Below, one piece after another: positions 1 to 7,363 of a DNA stretch of 29,679 bases; the stretch's first letter is position 1; each line of letters opens with the position of its first letter. Both the position numbers and the translations under genes were made by a program. The notes under the pieces were generated by a model. That model did not search any database, had not been told where the DNA came from, and was given only the letters and a program-made list of their open reading frames with translations. The stretch is from a virus (lineage: Duplodnaviria > Caudoviricetes), in IMG/VR virus record IMGVR_UViG_3300037484_000147, positions 1 through 29,679 of that record; one strand, written 5' to 3'.

Positions 1-318
1 CGGTCGATCCGCCGTGAACCGCTGAACAAGATCACCAAGAGAGAATGCATCCGCGAGGGCTTCCCGCGGCTGAGCCCCGCGGGGTTCGTGCGCATGTTCT
101 GTGAGGCGAACCATTGCAAGCCGACGACGACGATCACCCGGATCGAATTCGTGAGGGGAGGGATATGGCCCAACGCGAGGACTCCGAGTCCACGCAGTTT
201 GACTACTGCGCCTGCGGCCGGCGCAAGTTCGCCAGCGACTACGTATGCGGTGAATGCTGGAAGACGACAAACTACACCCGGCCAAGCAAGGCGAAGAAGG
301 ATGACGCCAAGCGGGTGA
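1..318 (+). CDS. ASCH-domain-like protein, 5'-truncated by window edge
   Basis: Frame 1 is open from base 1: RSIRREPLNKITKRECIREGFPRLSPAGFVRMFCEANHCKPTTTITRIEF resembles the C-terminal half of phage ASCH proteins (R.E.L..IT...C..EGF...F...V..IEF). It reads on to the stop at 318. Confidence 0.6.
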   Translation, partial: RSIRREPLNKITKRECIREGFPRLSPAGFVRMFCEANHCKPTTTITRIEFVRGGIWPNARTPSPRSLTTAPAAGASSPATTYAVNAGRRQTTPGQARRRRMTPSG

Positions 319-524
319 CGGTGCTCAGTTGTCCGGGAGGAGAGTTTGTTCCGGGGGCGACGTTCCTGGCGCATGAGTTCAATCTGATACCACGGATCAA
401 TGCGGCGACGACGCTGGATCTGGGACACTGGACGCCGGGCATGGTGATCGAGGACTGGAGAGGCCGACGTTTCGAGGTTGTCGGGGAAGCGGAAGAGGCG
501 CAGAGACTTGAGGAGGCGGGGTGA
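165..524 (+). CDS. Hypothetical protein with N-terminal Cys cluster (CxC...CxxC)
   Basis: GGGAGG RBS before ATG 165 (in frame with ORF 114..524); stop overlaps next start (GTGA). Confidence 0.6.
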   Translation: MAQREDSESTQFDYCACGRRKFASDYVCGECWKTTNYTRPSKAKKDDAKRVTVLSCPGGEFVPGATFLAHEFNLIPRINAATTLDLGHWTPGMVIEDWRGRRFEVVGEAEEAQRLEEAG

Positions 525-1150
525 GGTTGCTCGATCTGTTCTGCGGCGCCGGCGGTGCGGCTATGGGCTATAGCCGCGCGGGCTTCGATGAGATTGTCGG
601 CGTCGATAACCGGCCAATGCACTACCCGTTTACGTTCATCTTGGGTGATGCGCTGGAATACTGCGCCGCGCATGGGGCAGAATTCGATGCGATACACGCG
701 AGCCCGCCGTGCCAGGCATATACACAGTCGGCTCTCGGCTTCCGGCGCTCCGGAAAAGTCTACCCGGACTTGCTCGGCGCGACGAGGGCCGCGCTCGAAA
801 AGACTGGGCGACCATGGGTGATCGAGAACGTCCCCGGCGCTCCGATGAGGGCCGATCTTCGACTGTGCGGCTGTCAGTTTGGGCTAAAGCTCCGACGTGA
901 GCGATGGTTTGAGACAAGTTGGAACGCTTTTGTTCTCATGCCTCCCTGCGAGCATCTGGGGCCAGTTGTTAGTGTCGTGGGCCATGGAACGCCAACATGG
1001 GCGCGCGAGAGGCTGGGCTTCAATCCGACGATCAAGCATTACCGGGCCGCGATGGGCATCGACTGGATGAACCGCGGCGAGCTCTCCCAAGCCATCCCGC
1101 CGGCGTACACGAAGTTCATCGGCCGACGGCTATTGGAGATACTACGATGA
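521..1150 (+). CDS. DNA (cytosine-5) methyltransferase, compact phage type
   Basis: Motif I LLDLFCGAGG, motif IV HASPPCQ, motif VI VIENV, R.R.F and C-terminal QAIPP; RBS GAGGAGG. Confidence 0.9.
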   Translation: MRLLDLFCGAGGAAMGYSRAGFDEIVGVDNRPMHYPFTFILGDALEYCAAHGAEFDAIHASPPCQAYTQSALGFRRSGKVYPDLLGATRAALEKTGRPWVIENVPGAPMRADLRLCGCQFGLKLRRERWFETSWNAFVLMPPCEHLGPVVSVVGHGTPTWARERLGFNPTIKHYRAAMGIDWMNRGELSQAIPPAYTKFIGRRLLEILR

Positions 1151-1181
1151 CACATCTCGTGTGGCAGTATCCCACACATAT

Positions 1182-1232
1182 CCCTAACCGGGGACTTGTA
1201 TCTTAGCGACGCGGCCCAAGTACGCGTTGGGC
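1182..1232. repeat. Imperfect palindrome, attC-like copy A (CCCTAAC...GTTGGGC), inverted relative to the other copies
   Basis: Arms aaccggggacttg / caagtacgcgtt; its reverse complement aligns with copies at 1612, 2418, 2936 and 4149. Confidence 0.7.
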
Positions 1233-1248
1233 GCGAGGGAGGAACGAG

Positions 1249-1599
1249 ATGAATAAGGCGCAGGAGTTGCACTTCGAACTGATGAAACTATCGTCCTTCA
1301 ATAGCTTTGATGGCGGGCAGGTTGTTGCGGACCTATCCCGAGACGAGGACCTTTGGCGAGGTGCAATCTTGCTAGGAGCGGAGCTCTTGACGCTGAGGGA
1401 CATTGAGGACGGCTTCTGGCACGGGGACACACTGTATATGCTTCCGGCTGCTGGGCGAGAGGATGAACTGGAGGCCCTGGCCCGCTGCTGGAATGCTGAC
1501 GAGGTTGATTGGATCGGCGGGCGCAAGGCCGAACAGTTGTTGGGCCATTGGGCACAGGATGACAATCCGAGGCGCATTCTTAGACTCTGGTGGGATTGA
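1249..1599 (+). CDS. Hypothetical protein ending in LWWD
   Basis: GGGAGG RBS; 116-aa globular-looking ORF; flanked by a 14-bp inverted repeat (1225-1238 / 1606-1619). Confidence 0.8.
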   Translation: MNKAQELHFELMKLSSFNSFDGGQVVADLSRDEDLWRGAILLGAELLTLRDIEDGFWHGDTLYMLPAAGREDELEALARCWNADEVDWIGGRKAEQLLGHWAQDDNPRRILRLWWD

Positions 1600-1605
1600 T
1601 GGCAT

Positions 1606-1663
1606 CCTCGCGCCCAACGGTCCCTCACAGAGCACGGCACTTGGCCCCATGTCCCCGGAGGGA
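1606..1663 (+). repeat. Degenerate attC-like copy B
   Basis: cctcgcgcccaacggt is identical to 4143-4158; ends catgtccccgg-aggga versus caagtccccggttaggga in reverse-complemented copy A. Confidence 0.55.
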
Positions 1664-1670
1664 GGATGAG

Positions 1671-1877
1671 ATGGCGAATCGATTCTGCGAATGGCTTTGG
1701 ATAGCGCACGAGGATGGCGGCACGTGGGAGGCCGAGTGCGGCGATTATAGTGTCCAGTTTACCAATGGCGGTACGCTGGAGACCAGCGAATATCAGTTCT
1801 GCCCGTTCTGCGGCCGCAACCTCATCTATGCGCTTGCCGACACGGTATATGTGTCAGCGGTCGCGGTAGCGCGATGA
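1671..1877 (+). CDS. Small zinc-ribbon-like protein
   Basis: GGAGG RBS, ATG 1671; C...C...FCPFCG motif; ATGA overlap with next gene. Confidence 0.7.
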   Translation: MANRFCEWLWIAHEDGGTWEAECGDYSVQFTNGGTLETSEYQFCPFCGRNLIYALADTVYVSAVAVAR

Positions 1878-2206
1878 GAGATTGTGCGTTGCGTGGCTAT
1901 CGTGACATTCAGTGTAGTGGCTTTGGAGATCCTCCGCACCACATCATCAGCAAGCGGAAGCTCCAGGGCAACCGTGAGGCGCGGGCGTATGTTGAAGAAC
2001 ATGCGGACATCTTCCTGGTGGACTTATGCCGGGCGCATCACGGGGCGGTGGGGCACACGAAGGAGGGGCGGAGACTGTTGGTGCTACTGAAGTGTGAGCT
2101 GTACGGATCGGACAAGGTAAATGAGGCGCTGGAGGAGTTGCGGGCGCTGTACAAGGTGCCGCCACAAGACTTGAGACTTGAGGCCATTCTGGCCATGGGA
2201 GGATGA
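1874..2206 (+). CDS. HNH-like (beta-beta-alpha-metal) protein
   Basis: C...C...HH...LVDLCRAHH pattern typical of small phage HNH/NinG-like proteins. Confidence 0.55.
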   Translation: MRDCALRGYRDIQCSGFGDPPHHIISKRKLQGNREARAYVEEHADIFLVDLCRAHHGAVGHTKEGRRLLVLLKCELYGSDKVNEALEELRALYKVPPQDLRLEAILAMGG

Positions 2207-2207
2207 G

Positions 2208-2468
2208 ATGGCTTACCCGTTCTGGCGCATCGTGGATCGGACGCATCCTCATTATCCAGAAAGTGGCCAAGCGACTGGGGAGATCATCACATTCGTAAGC
2301 GGCGGGAAGATGGCCAAGATGAGGCTATTGGCCTGTAGGCATGGAACGGACGCGTGTTTTGTTTCTCTAGACCAGGTGTCTGAGATTGAGGCGCCGGAGG
2401 ACGGGGAGTCCCATGAGGCCCAACGCGTACTTCGGCAGGGCGGCTTTTGGATGCAAGTCCGCGGTTAG
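2208..2468 (+). CDS. Hypothetical protein
   Basis: GGGAGGatgagATG start block; 3' end runs through repeat copy C. Confidence 0.6.
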   Translation: MAYPFWRIVDRTHPHYPESGQATGEIITFVSGGKMAKMRLLACRHGTDACFVSLDQVSEIEAPEDGESHEAQRVLRQGGFWMQVRG

Positions 2469-2470
2469 CG
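2418..2470 (+). repeat. Imperfect palindrome, attC-like copy C (GCCCAAC...GTTAGCG)
   Basis: Arms aacgcgtactt / aagtccgcggtt with an unpaired base; begins with an exact RYYYAAC match. Confidence 0.7.
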
Positions 2471-2523
2471 TTATGAGGGGCTAGAGGCGCTGCTTTGGCG
2501 CTGGGCATTGAAGGAGGCAGGGA

Positions 2524-2754
2524 ATGAATTCGGCCATTCAGGAACGGGACTCGGCGCGGCGGGTGGCGAGGGCGCTGTACGAAGAGGTCCGTAGAGCAAG
2601 ACAACTGGAGGAGAAACTCGACATTCTGATAAGGCCTGGAGAGGCGGCGCCTGGCCACGGCAACTCAAGCTTTGATCTCGCATGGACGCTCTTCATGCAG
2701 GCATCTGCCAAGTCAAGGGCGGTCCTGGCAGAAGAAGCGCGAGCAGAGGAGTGA
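2524..2754 (+). CDS. Hypothetical protein
   Basis: AAGGAGG RBS, 76 aa, helical composition. Confidence 0.65.
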   Translation: MNSAIQERDSARRVARALYEEVRRARQLEEKLDILIRPGEAAPGHGNSSFDLAWTLFMQASAKSRAVLAEEARAEE

Positions 2755-2954
2755 CCCGCTCCAATCGTCCTCCTCGGCGACCGCGTTCCTGGACCGGTTG
2801 GCGGAGGCGGGCGCGCAATGTGCATCTCAAGAATGCGCTACGGTCCTGCGGCAAAGCGTTTGCCGAGAAACTTCAGGCACACTATGCGGAGAATCCGATG
2901 CCGGGGAAACGGGAACATAGGCGGAGGGCCCACAGGCCCAACGCAACTTCGTAA
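2751..2954 (+). CDS. Small basic hypothetical protein
   Basis: GTG overlaps upstream stop (GTGA); fills the gap; ends inside repeat copy D. Confidence 0.4.
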   Translation: MTRSNRPPRRPRSWTGWRRRARNVHLKNALRSCGKAFAEKLQAHYAENPMPGKREHRRRAHRPNATS

Positions 2955-3000
2955 GCGCGGCTTGTGGACGCAAGTCCGCGGCAGCGTCTTTATGTGTGGG
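2936..3000 (+). repeat. Degenerate attC-like copy D
   Basis: gcccaacgcaacttcg...gcaagtccgcggcagcgt aligns with copy C; downstream tatgtgtggg is shared with reverse-complemented copy A. Confidence 0.65.
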
Positions 3001-3009
3001 AGGCAGGGA

Positions 3010-3279
3010 ATGGATGACCCAATCCGAGAGCTGTACAACATCATTGGAGCTTATCCACTGGACAGGGAGAAGGCCGAGCGCGCCATCTGCCGGGCCGCGG
3101 CGGAGATCAGAAGGAAGGCGGACACAGATCTGCGCGCGGACGTTGACTACATCAGGGCGTGGTGTGCGCAGGATCAAGACGCGCTAACGTCCCGACAAGT
3201 GGCGGACGCAGTGATGCACATGTGTGATGACGCGCTCGCGCAACTGGCCGAGGAGGAGGCAGGGAATGGACAAGCTTGA
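3010..3279 (+). CDS. Hypothetical protein
   Basis: ggaggcagggaATG start block at 3010, in frame with ORF 2818..3279. Confidence 0.65.
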   Translation: MDDPIRELYNIIGAYPLDREKAERAICRAAAEIRRKADTDLRADVDYIRAWCAQDQDALTSRQVADAVMHMCDDALAQLAEEEAGNGQA

Positions 3280-3383
3280 TGCATTGAGAACTGTTGCAGA
3301 GGCGGCAGAGGCGTACTACGACAATCCGGTGGGGACCCGTGAGGCGTATGAGCGCGCCATCTGCCGGGCCGCGGCGGAGATCA
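3076..3383 (+). repeat. Perfect 34-bp direct repeat (3076-3109 and 3350-3383) encoding ERAICRAAAEI in two adjacent ORFs
   Basis: gagcgcgccatctgccgggccgcggcggagatca present at both positions. Confidence 0.95.
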
Positions 3384-3502
3384 CGGGGCTGAGGCCCGAG
3401 TTGGCGTATGCCGGATCACTGGCCGCGGATCAGGAGTGGGAGACACGGGATGCTTCTGGGCCATTGCGCCGATTTGCCGAGCTGGCGAGGGAGGAGACAT
3501 GA
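3266..3502 (+). CDS. Hypothetical protein
   Basis: ggaggcagggaATG start block at 3266; ATGA overlap with next gene. Confidence 0.65.
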   Translation: MDKLDALRTVAEAAEAYYDNPVGTREAYERAICRAAAEITGLRPELAYAGSLAADQEWETRDASGPLRRFAELAREET

Positions 3503-3822
3503 GCACACCGCTGAATGAGATCGGGAAGGAGGCCCGCGCGACGAATCTGGTGAAGGGTTTTCTGCCTCCCGTTGTCCAAGATTGGGAGGAAAGTATCCAC
3601 AAGATCCCGGCGTTTATCGCGCTCATCCACTCAGAAGCATCCGAGGCGCTTGAGGCGTTCAGGAACGATGATGCGGAAGGTTTTGAGGAGGAGTTGGCCG
3701 ACATCATCATCCGCACGCTGGATCTCGGCTATGGCCTGGGCGTCGATATGGATGCCCTAGTGGCGAGGAAGTTGGCGGCCAACAAGGATCGGGCGCACAG
3801 GCATGGCGGCAAGCGACTGTGA
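3499..3822 (+). CDS. MazG-like nucleotide pyrophosphohydrolase
   Basis: ALIHSEASEALEA...EEELADIIIRTLDL (ExxE / ExxD all-alpha NTP-PPase signature) and C-terminal K...N..R..RHGGK. Confidence 0.85.
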   Translation: MSTPLNEIGKEARATNLVKGFLPPVVQDWEESIHKIPAFIALIHSEASEALEAFRNDDAEGFEEELADIIIRTLDLGYGLGVDMDALVARKLAANKDRAHRHGGKRL

Positions 3823-3831
3823 GGAGGAGAC

Positions 3832-4203
3832 ATGAGCACATTGGCGGAGCGACAACTCGTGCTGGAGCGGTGGCGGATTTGGAGGAACGAGTTCGCGCCG
3901 CTGGAGCGTGATGAAGTGTGGGACGCCCTCTCGGACTCGCTGGAGGCGGAGAGGACGAAGGATAAGAGGATTGCCGAATTGGAGAGCGCAATCTGCGAGG
4001 ATTTCCGGGAGGGCAGAGCCGAAGTAGATAAGGCGATGGCGCAATTCGGCTACGATGACTTGCGATTCGCAGATGTGCGCCATGGATGGACGCGTTCCAC
4101 GCGAAGGATACTCCGGGTTGTTCCCGGCGCGGCCGATGAAGCCCTCGCGCCCAACGGTACTTCGGCAGGAAACCTAGATACAAGTCCCGGAGGCCATGAG
4201 TGA
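3832..4203 (+). CDS. Hypothetical protein
   Basis: GAGGAG RBS; coiled-coil-like KRIAELE; 3' end runs through repeat copy E. Confidence 0.65.
   Translation: MSTLAERQLVLERWRIWRNEFAPLERDEVWDALSDSLEAERTKDKRIAELESAICEDFREGRAEVDKAMAQFGYDDLRFADVRHGWTRSTRRILRVVPGAADEALAPNGTSAGNLDTSPGGHE
4142..4193 (+). repeat. Degenerate attC-like copy E
   Basis: Shares ccctcgcgcccaacg and agatacaagtccc with reverse-complemented A, and gtacttcggcagg with C. Confidence 0.65.
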
Positions 4204-4406
4204 ACGCCTATCGAGGCATCTCCTATCCAATTCCGAGCTTCCTACAGCGGGGCTGGCTGTACCGAATCTGGCGAGGGCTGATGTGCCCGCGCGGATTCCA
4301 CCTACTTGATGAATCCTGGGCCTCTTATCGGGAGCACTATCTGTCATGCGATGCCTGCGACATGGAGATTCGGATTGCGTCTATCCGGGAGTATGTGGAA
4401 AAGTGA
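4200..4406 (+). CDS. Small Cys/His-containing hypothetical protein
   Basis: GTGA overlaps at both ends; C...H...CxxC. Confidence 0.55.
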   Translation: MNAYRGISYPIPSFLQRGWLYRIWRGLMCPRGFHLLDESWASYREHYLSCDACDMEIRIASIREYVEK

Positions 4407-4591
4407 ACCCCCACGCCTCTCCTCCGATGGTGGACTACCGATGTCGTCTGTCGTTGGACAAGTTCCTCACGGCGGACGAGAGCAAGACGTGGCCGTGGCT
4501 GGATCACTTGTGCAATGAGTCGAGGGAACGGCTTGCGCCTCCGAACGCACTACGGGAGACGCGGCTGGAGTGGAAGAGGGAGGCAAAGTGA
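4403..4591 (+). CDS. Hypothetical protein
   Basis: GTG 4403 overlaps upstream stop, and its stop overlaps the GT start. Confidence 0.5.
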   Translation: MNPHASPPMVDYRCRLSLDKFLTADESKTWPWLDHLCNESRERLAPPNALRETRLEWKREAK

Positions 4592-5343
4592 CGAGGAGAA
4601 ACCGGATCAGGATTCCTGGGCAACATGCGCCGAAGAACACCGGGCGAGGCGTCTGGTTCTTCATGCCGGCCGAGAAGGCGATCCACCATCTAGCCCACGA
4701 TGCGGCCATGAACGTAGCGGCGCTTGCGGCAGTCGGTGGGGCGCAGCGGATCAGCATGGGGCCGACGCGGGTGGACATCGCCCGCAACCGAGCGGCCCGG
4801 AAGTTCATGGAGGTCAGCCGCAGGCCGAAGGATACGTTCATCATGCTGGATGCGGATCACGAGCATCCACGCACCGTGATCGACATTCTTGTTGCGCACG
4901 ACAAAGGGGTAGTGGGCGCCCTATGCTTCCGGCGGACGAGTCCCTTCGATCCCCAGGTCTACATCCGAGACGAGGAGGGAGAGCTCCTGCAACCGGCGAC
5001 GTGGGGATCGCAGCTCCTCAAGAGCACGATCGTGGGGACTGGGGCGATCTCGATCCAGCGGTGGGTATTCGAGAAGCTGGAAGCCGAAGGGTTCCGCTAT
5101 CCCTGGTTCCGCATGATGTACGAGGACGGAGAGGACTCCTTCTTGGGCGAGGATTGGTACTTCGGGACGATCTGCGAGAAGGCGGGGATCGAGCAGTGGT
5201 GCGACATGGGATTCGTCTCCCCACATATTGCGAACCGGCTGGTAACGAAGGCGGATTACGATCAGTGGCGGGCGGAGCACGCGGCGGAGTTGGGCGAGCC
5301 GGCGCCACTTGAGGAGAAGAGGGAGGACTGGCTTGATCGGTAG
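4588..5343 (+). CDS. Glycosyltransferase, GT-A fold (GT2-like)
   Basis: ARN..A...FIMLDADH (DxD), VVGAL, GTG...I.R.VFE, GEDWYF; GGGAGG RBS before GTG 4588. Confidence 0.85.
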   Translation: MTRRNRIRIPGQHAPKNTGRGVWFFMPAEKAIHHLAHDAAMNVAALAAVGGAQRISMGPTRVDIARNRAARKFMEVSRRPKDTFIMLDADHEHPRTVIDILVAHDKGVVGALCFRRTSPFDPQVYIRDEEGELLQPATWGSQLLKSTIVGTGAISIQRWVFEKLEAEGFRYPWFRMMYEDGEDSFLGEDWYFGTICEKAGIEQWCDMGFVSPHIANRLVTKADYDQWRAEHAAELGEPAPLEEKREDWLDR

Positions 5344-7363
5344 CACGCTCCTCCTCTTAGCGGCCGCCATCTTCATCCTGACGCGCCGCCCCATGCTGGC
5401 GTTTCCCCTCCACATCGACACGGGCTACTTCGTTTCGAACGCGACGATCCAGAACCGGCGATGGCGCTTCCGTGATGGATGGTCGGCCTGGGCGGCGGGC
5501 TGCTCCAAGGTCATCCCGGAGATGTTCTACAGCTTCGTCTATCTCATGTTCCCGCGGTCGTATACGAAGACCTCGCGGATTGCATACATGCTTCTGTGCG
5601 GGGCAACTTCTCTCGCCTTCGGGCGGCTGGTTGCGGTGAGCGGGGGGAACGGGTATGTCGGAGTCTTGGTTTTCATGCTACTCTTGAGTGAGCCGCACTA
5701 CGGCACGCTCTATGAGTCCTGCGAGCAATTCGAGCTTGTCTTCTACGTCCTCGCTCTTCTTCTCCTCGCGGAAGGACATTTCCTTCTCGCCGCCGCCATT
5801 CTTTGGCTTGGCGTTTTCTTCGTCAAACTCTCTGGGGGGATGGTGGCGGGTGCAATCCTTCTGTGGTCTGCGGCCGTACTCGGCTTTCCGGGAGCGATCG
5901 CTCTCCTGGCTCCCGTCCTGGCGTGCGGCGCACTCTATCTAGGCTGGATCCTCGCCAACGGCCAGGACCCCAAGAAGCTCCTTGAGACACTCCGGGCCCA
6001 ACAGAAGATCCTCGCCCTCCCCAATCGACTGAAGCTCAAGGCCGAATTGCTCTGGCAGATCTGGTCCTATTGGCCGCTGCTTCCCCTTGCGGCCATCGCC
6101 GGCGCCCTGGTTCATCCCTCGGGAATGATGCTCGTCTTCCTGGCGGGAGTCATTGGGGCATATCTCATCCAAGGCAATCGGGTCTGGTACTACTCCATTC
6201 CGTTCATTCCCATCATTGCCTACTTCGCCTCGATGATCCTCAATCCTCTGGCGGCCGCCGTCCTTGCCGCGGCGTGGATTGCTCTCTACCTCCGAAGGCT
6301 TCCCGGGAATGGGATGCAACGCTACTTCTGGGTCTGGAGGCTGCATAACGAGATGGGGCAGGCAAAGAAGAATGCCGAGATCGCATTCGAGTGCGGGACG
6401 ATGCCGAAGGACGGCCGGAGGCCCTTTGTGTTCGGGCATGAGACACAGATCTACTCACTCTTGGGCACGGCCTATCCGACCCCCCTGATTTCCGGCGCGT
6501 GGTTCGTGGATCATATGAGCCCCGGCTGGAGCTCCCGCATGGCAAGGCAGATGGTGGATGACCCTCCCGAGATGCTGATCGACACCACGGGCAACCTCCG
6601 GGTGGACCGGCTCCAGAAGAGGACCGGGCTGGAGTATGTCTTGGAAAGGAAGCGCACGATGACGGTCTACGGGTTCAAGGAATGGAAACCACGGGCGAGC
6701 GCGATCGTGAGCGCGTATTTCTGCGCGGATTACTTGGAGGGTCGGATTGAGAACCTCCTAGGGCAGAGCATGAGGCCGGAGATTGTGGTGGTCTGCGGGG
6801 AATGGTCGCGCGAGGAGGAGATCGCCAGCCAACTGCTCGAGCCCGGGCGTGATGTCATCCTGGCTACGAAGGGGGAGGTTCCGACGATCTATGATGCCTG
6901 GAACCGCGGCATCCAGGCCTCCCATGGCGAATACATCACGAACGCCAATGCCGATGATCGGCTTTCCCCTGGGGCGCTCCTGACGCTTGCCAGGACCCTA
7001 GATGATCACCCCGAGGCGGCACTGGTCTATCCAGACTGCGAGATCTTCGAAGGGGATCGGCGGATCGGGGGCTTCCGTTTTGCCGAGGGCGGCTGGAAGG
7101 AGCTGATGAATCTCTGCTTCATCGGGCCCATGCCGATGTGGCGGAGAAGTCTGCATGACAAGCACGGCTGGTTCGACGAGAAGATGCAGTCAGCTGGCGA
7201 CTACGAATTCTGGTTGCGCATCGCCAAGGCGGGCGAGAAGCTGCTGCACGTTCGGGACATCCTCGGGATCTATCTCAAGAGGCCGGACAGCGCAGAGCAC
7301 CGCGATCCGGGAATCGGGGCGAGGGAGACGGCAGAGGCGCGGAGACGCTATGCCAATCGTTGA
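5333..7363 (+). CDS. Polytopic membrane protein (GT-C/ArnT-PMT-like) fused to C-terminal GT2 glycosyltransferase domain
   Basis: N-terminal ~330 aa are multiple hydrophobic helices with DTGYF, ExxEQF, YYSIPFIP, then FVFGHETQIY and PPEMLID. C-terminus has SAIVSAY, YDAWNRGI..SHGEYITNANADD and GWFDE....GDYEFWLR. TTG start at 5333 chosen from GGGAGG RBS. Confidence 0.8.
   Translation: MIGSTLLLLAAAIFILTRRPMLAFPLHIDTGYFVSNATIQNRRWRFRDGWSAWAAGCSKVIPEMFYSFVYLMFPRSYTKTSRIAYMLLCGATSLAFGRLVAVSGGNGYVGVLVFMLLLSEPHYGTLYESCEQFELVFYVLALLLLAEGHFLLAAAILWLGVFFVKLSGGMVAGAILLWSAAVLGFPGAIALLAPVLACGALYLGWILANGQDPKKLLETLRAQQKILALPNRLKLKAELLWQIWSYWPLLPLAAIAGALVHPSGMMLVFLAGVIGAYLIQGNRVWYYSIPFIPIIAYFASMILNPLAAAVLAAAWIALYLRRLPGNGMQRYFWVWRLHNEMGQAKKNAEIAFECGTMPKDGRRPFVFGHETQIYSLLGTAYPTPLISGAWFVDHMSPGWSSRMARQMVDDPPEMLIDTTGNLRVDRLQKRTGLEYVLERKRTMTVYGFKEWKPRASAIVSAYFCADYLEGRIENLLGQSMRPEIVVVCGEWSREEEIASQLLEPGRDVILATKGEVPTIYDAWNRGIQASHGEYITNANADDRLSPGALLTLARTLDDHPEAALVYPDCEIFEGDRRIGGFRFAEGGWKELMNLCFIGPMPMWRRSLHDKHGWFDEKMQSAGDYEFWLRIAKAGEKLLHVRDILGIYLKRPDSAEHRDPGIGARETAEARRRYANR

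Noticed and set aside
1182-4195. Repeat family as a CRISPR array
   Set aside because: Copies are degenerate, hundreds of bases apart, separated by whole genes, one is inverted, and no cas genes are present.
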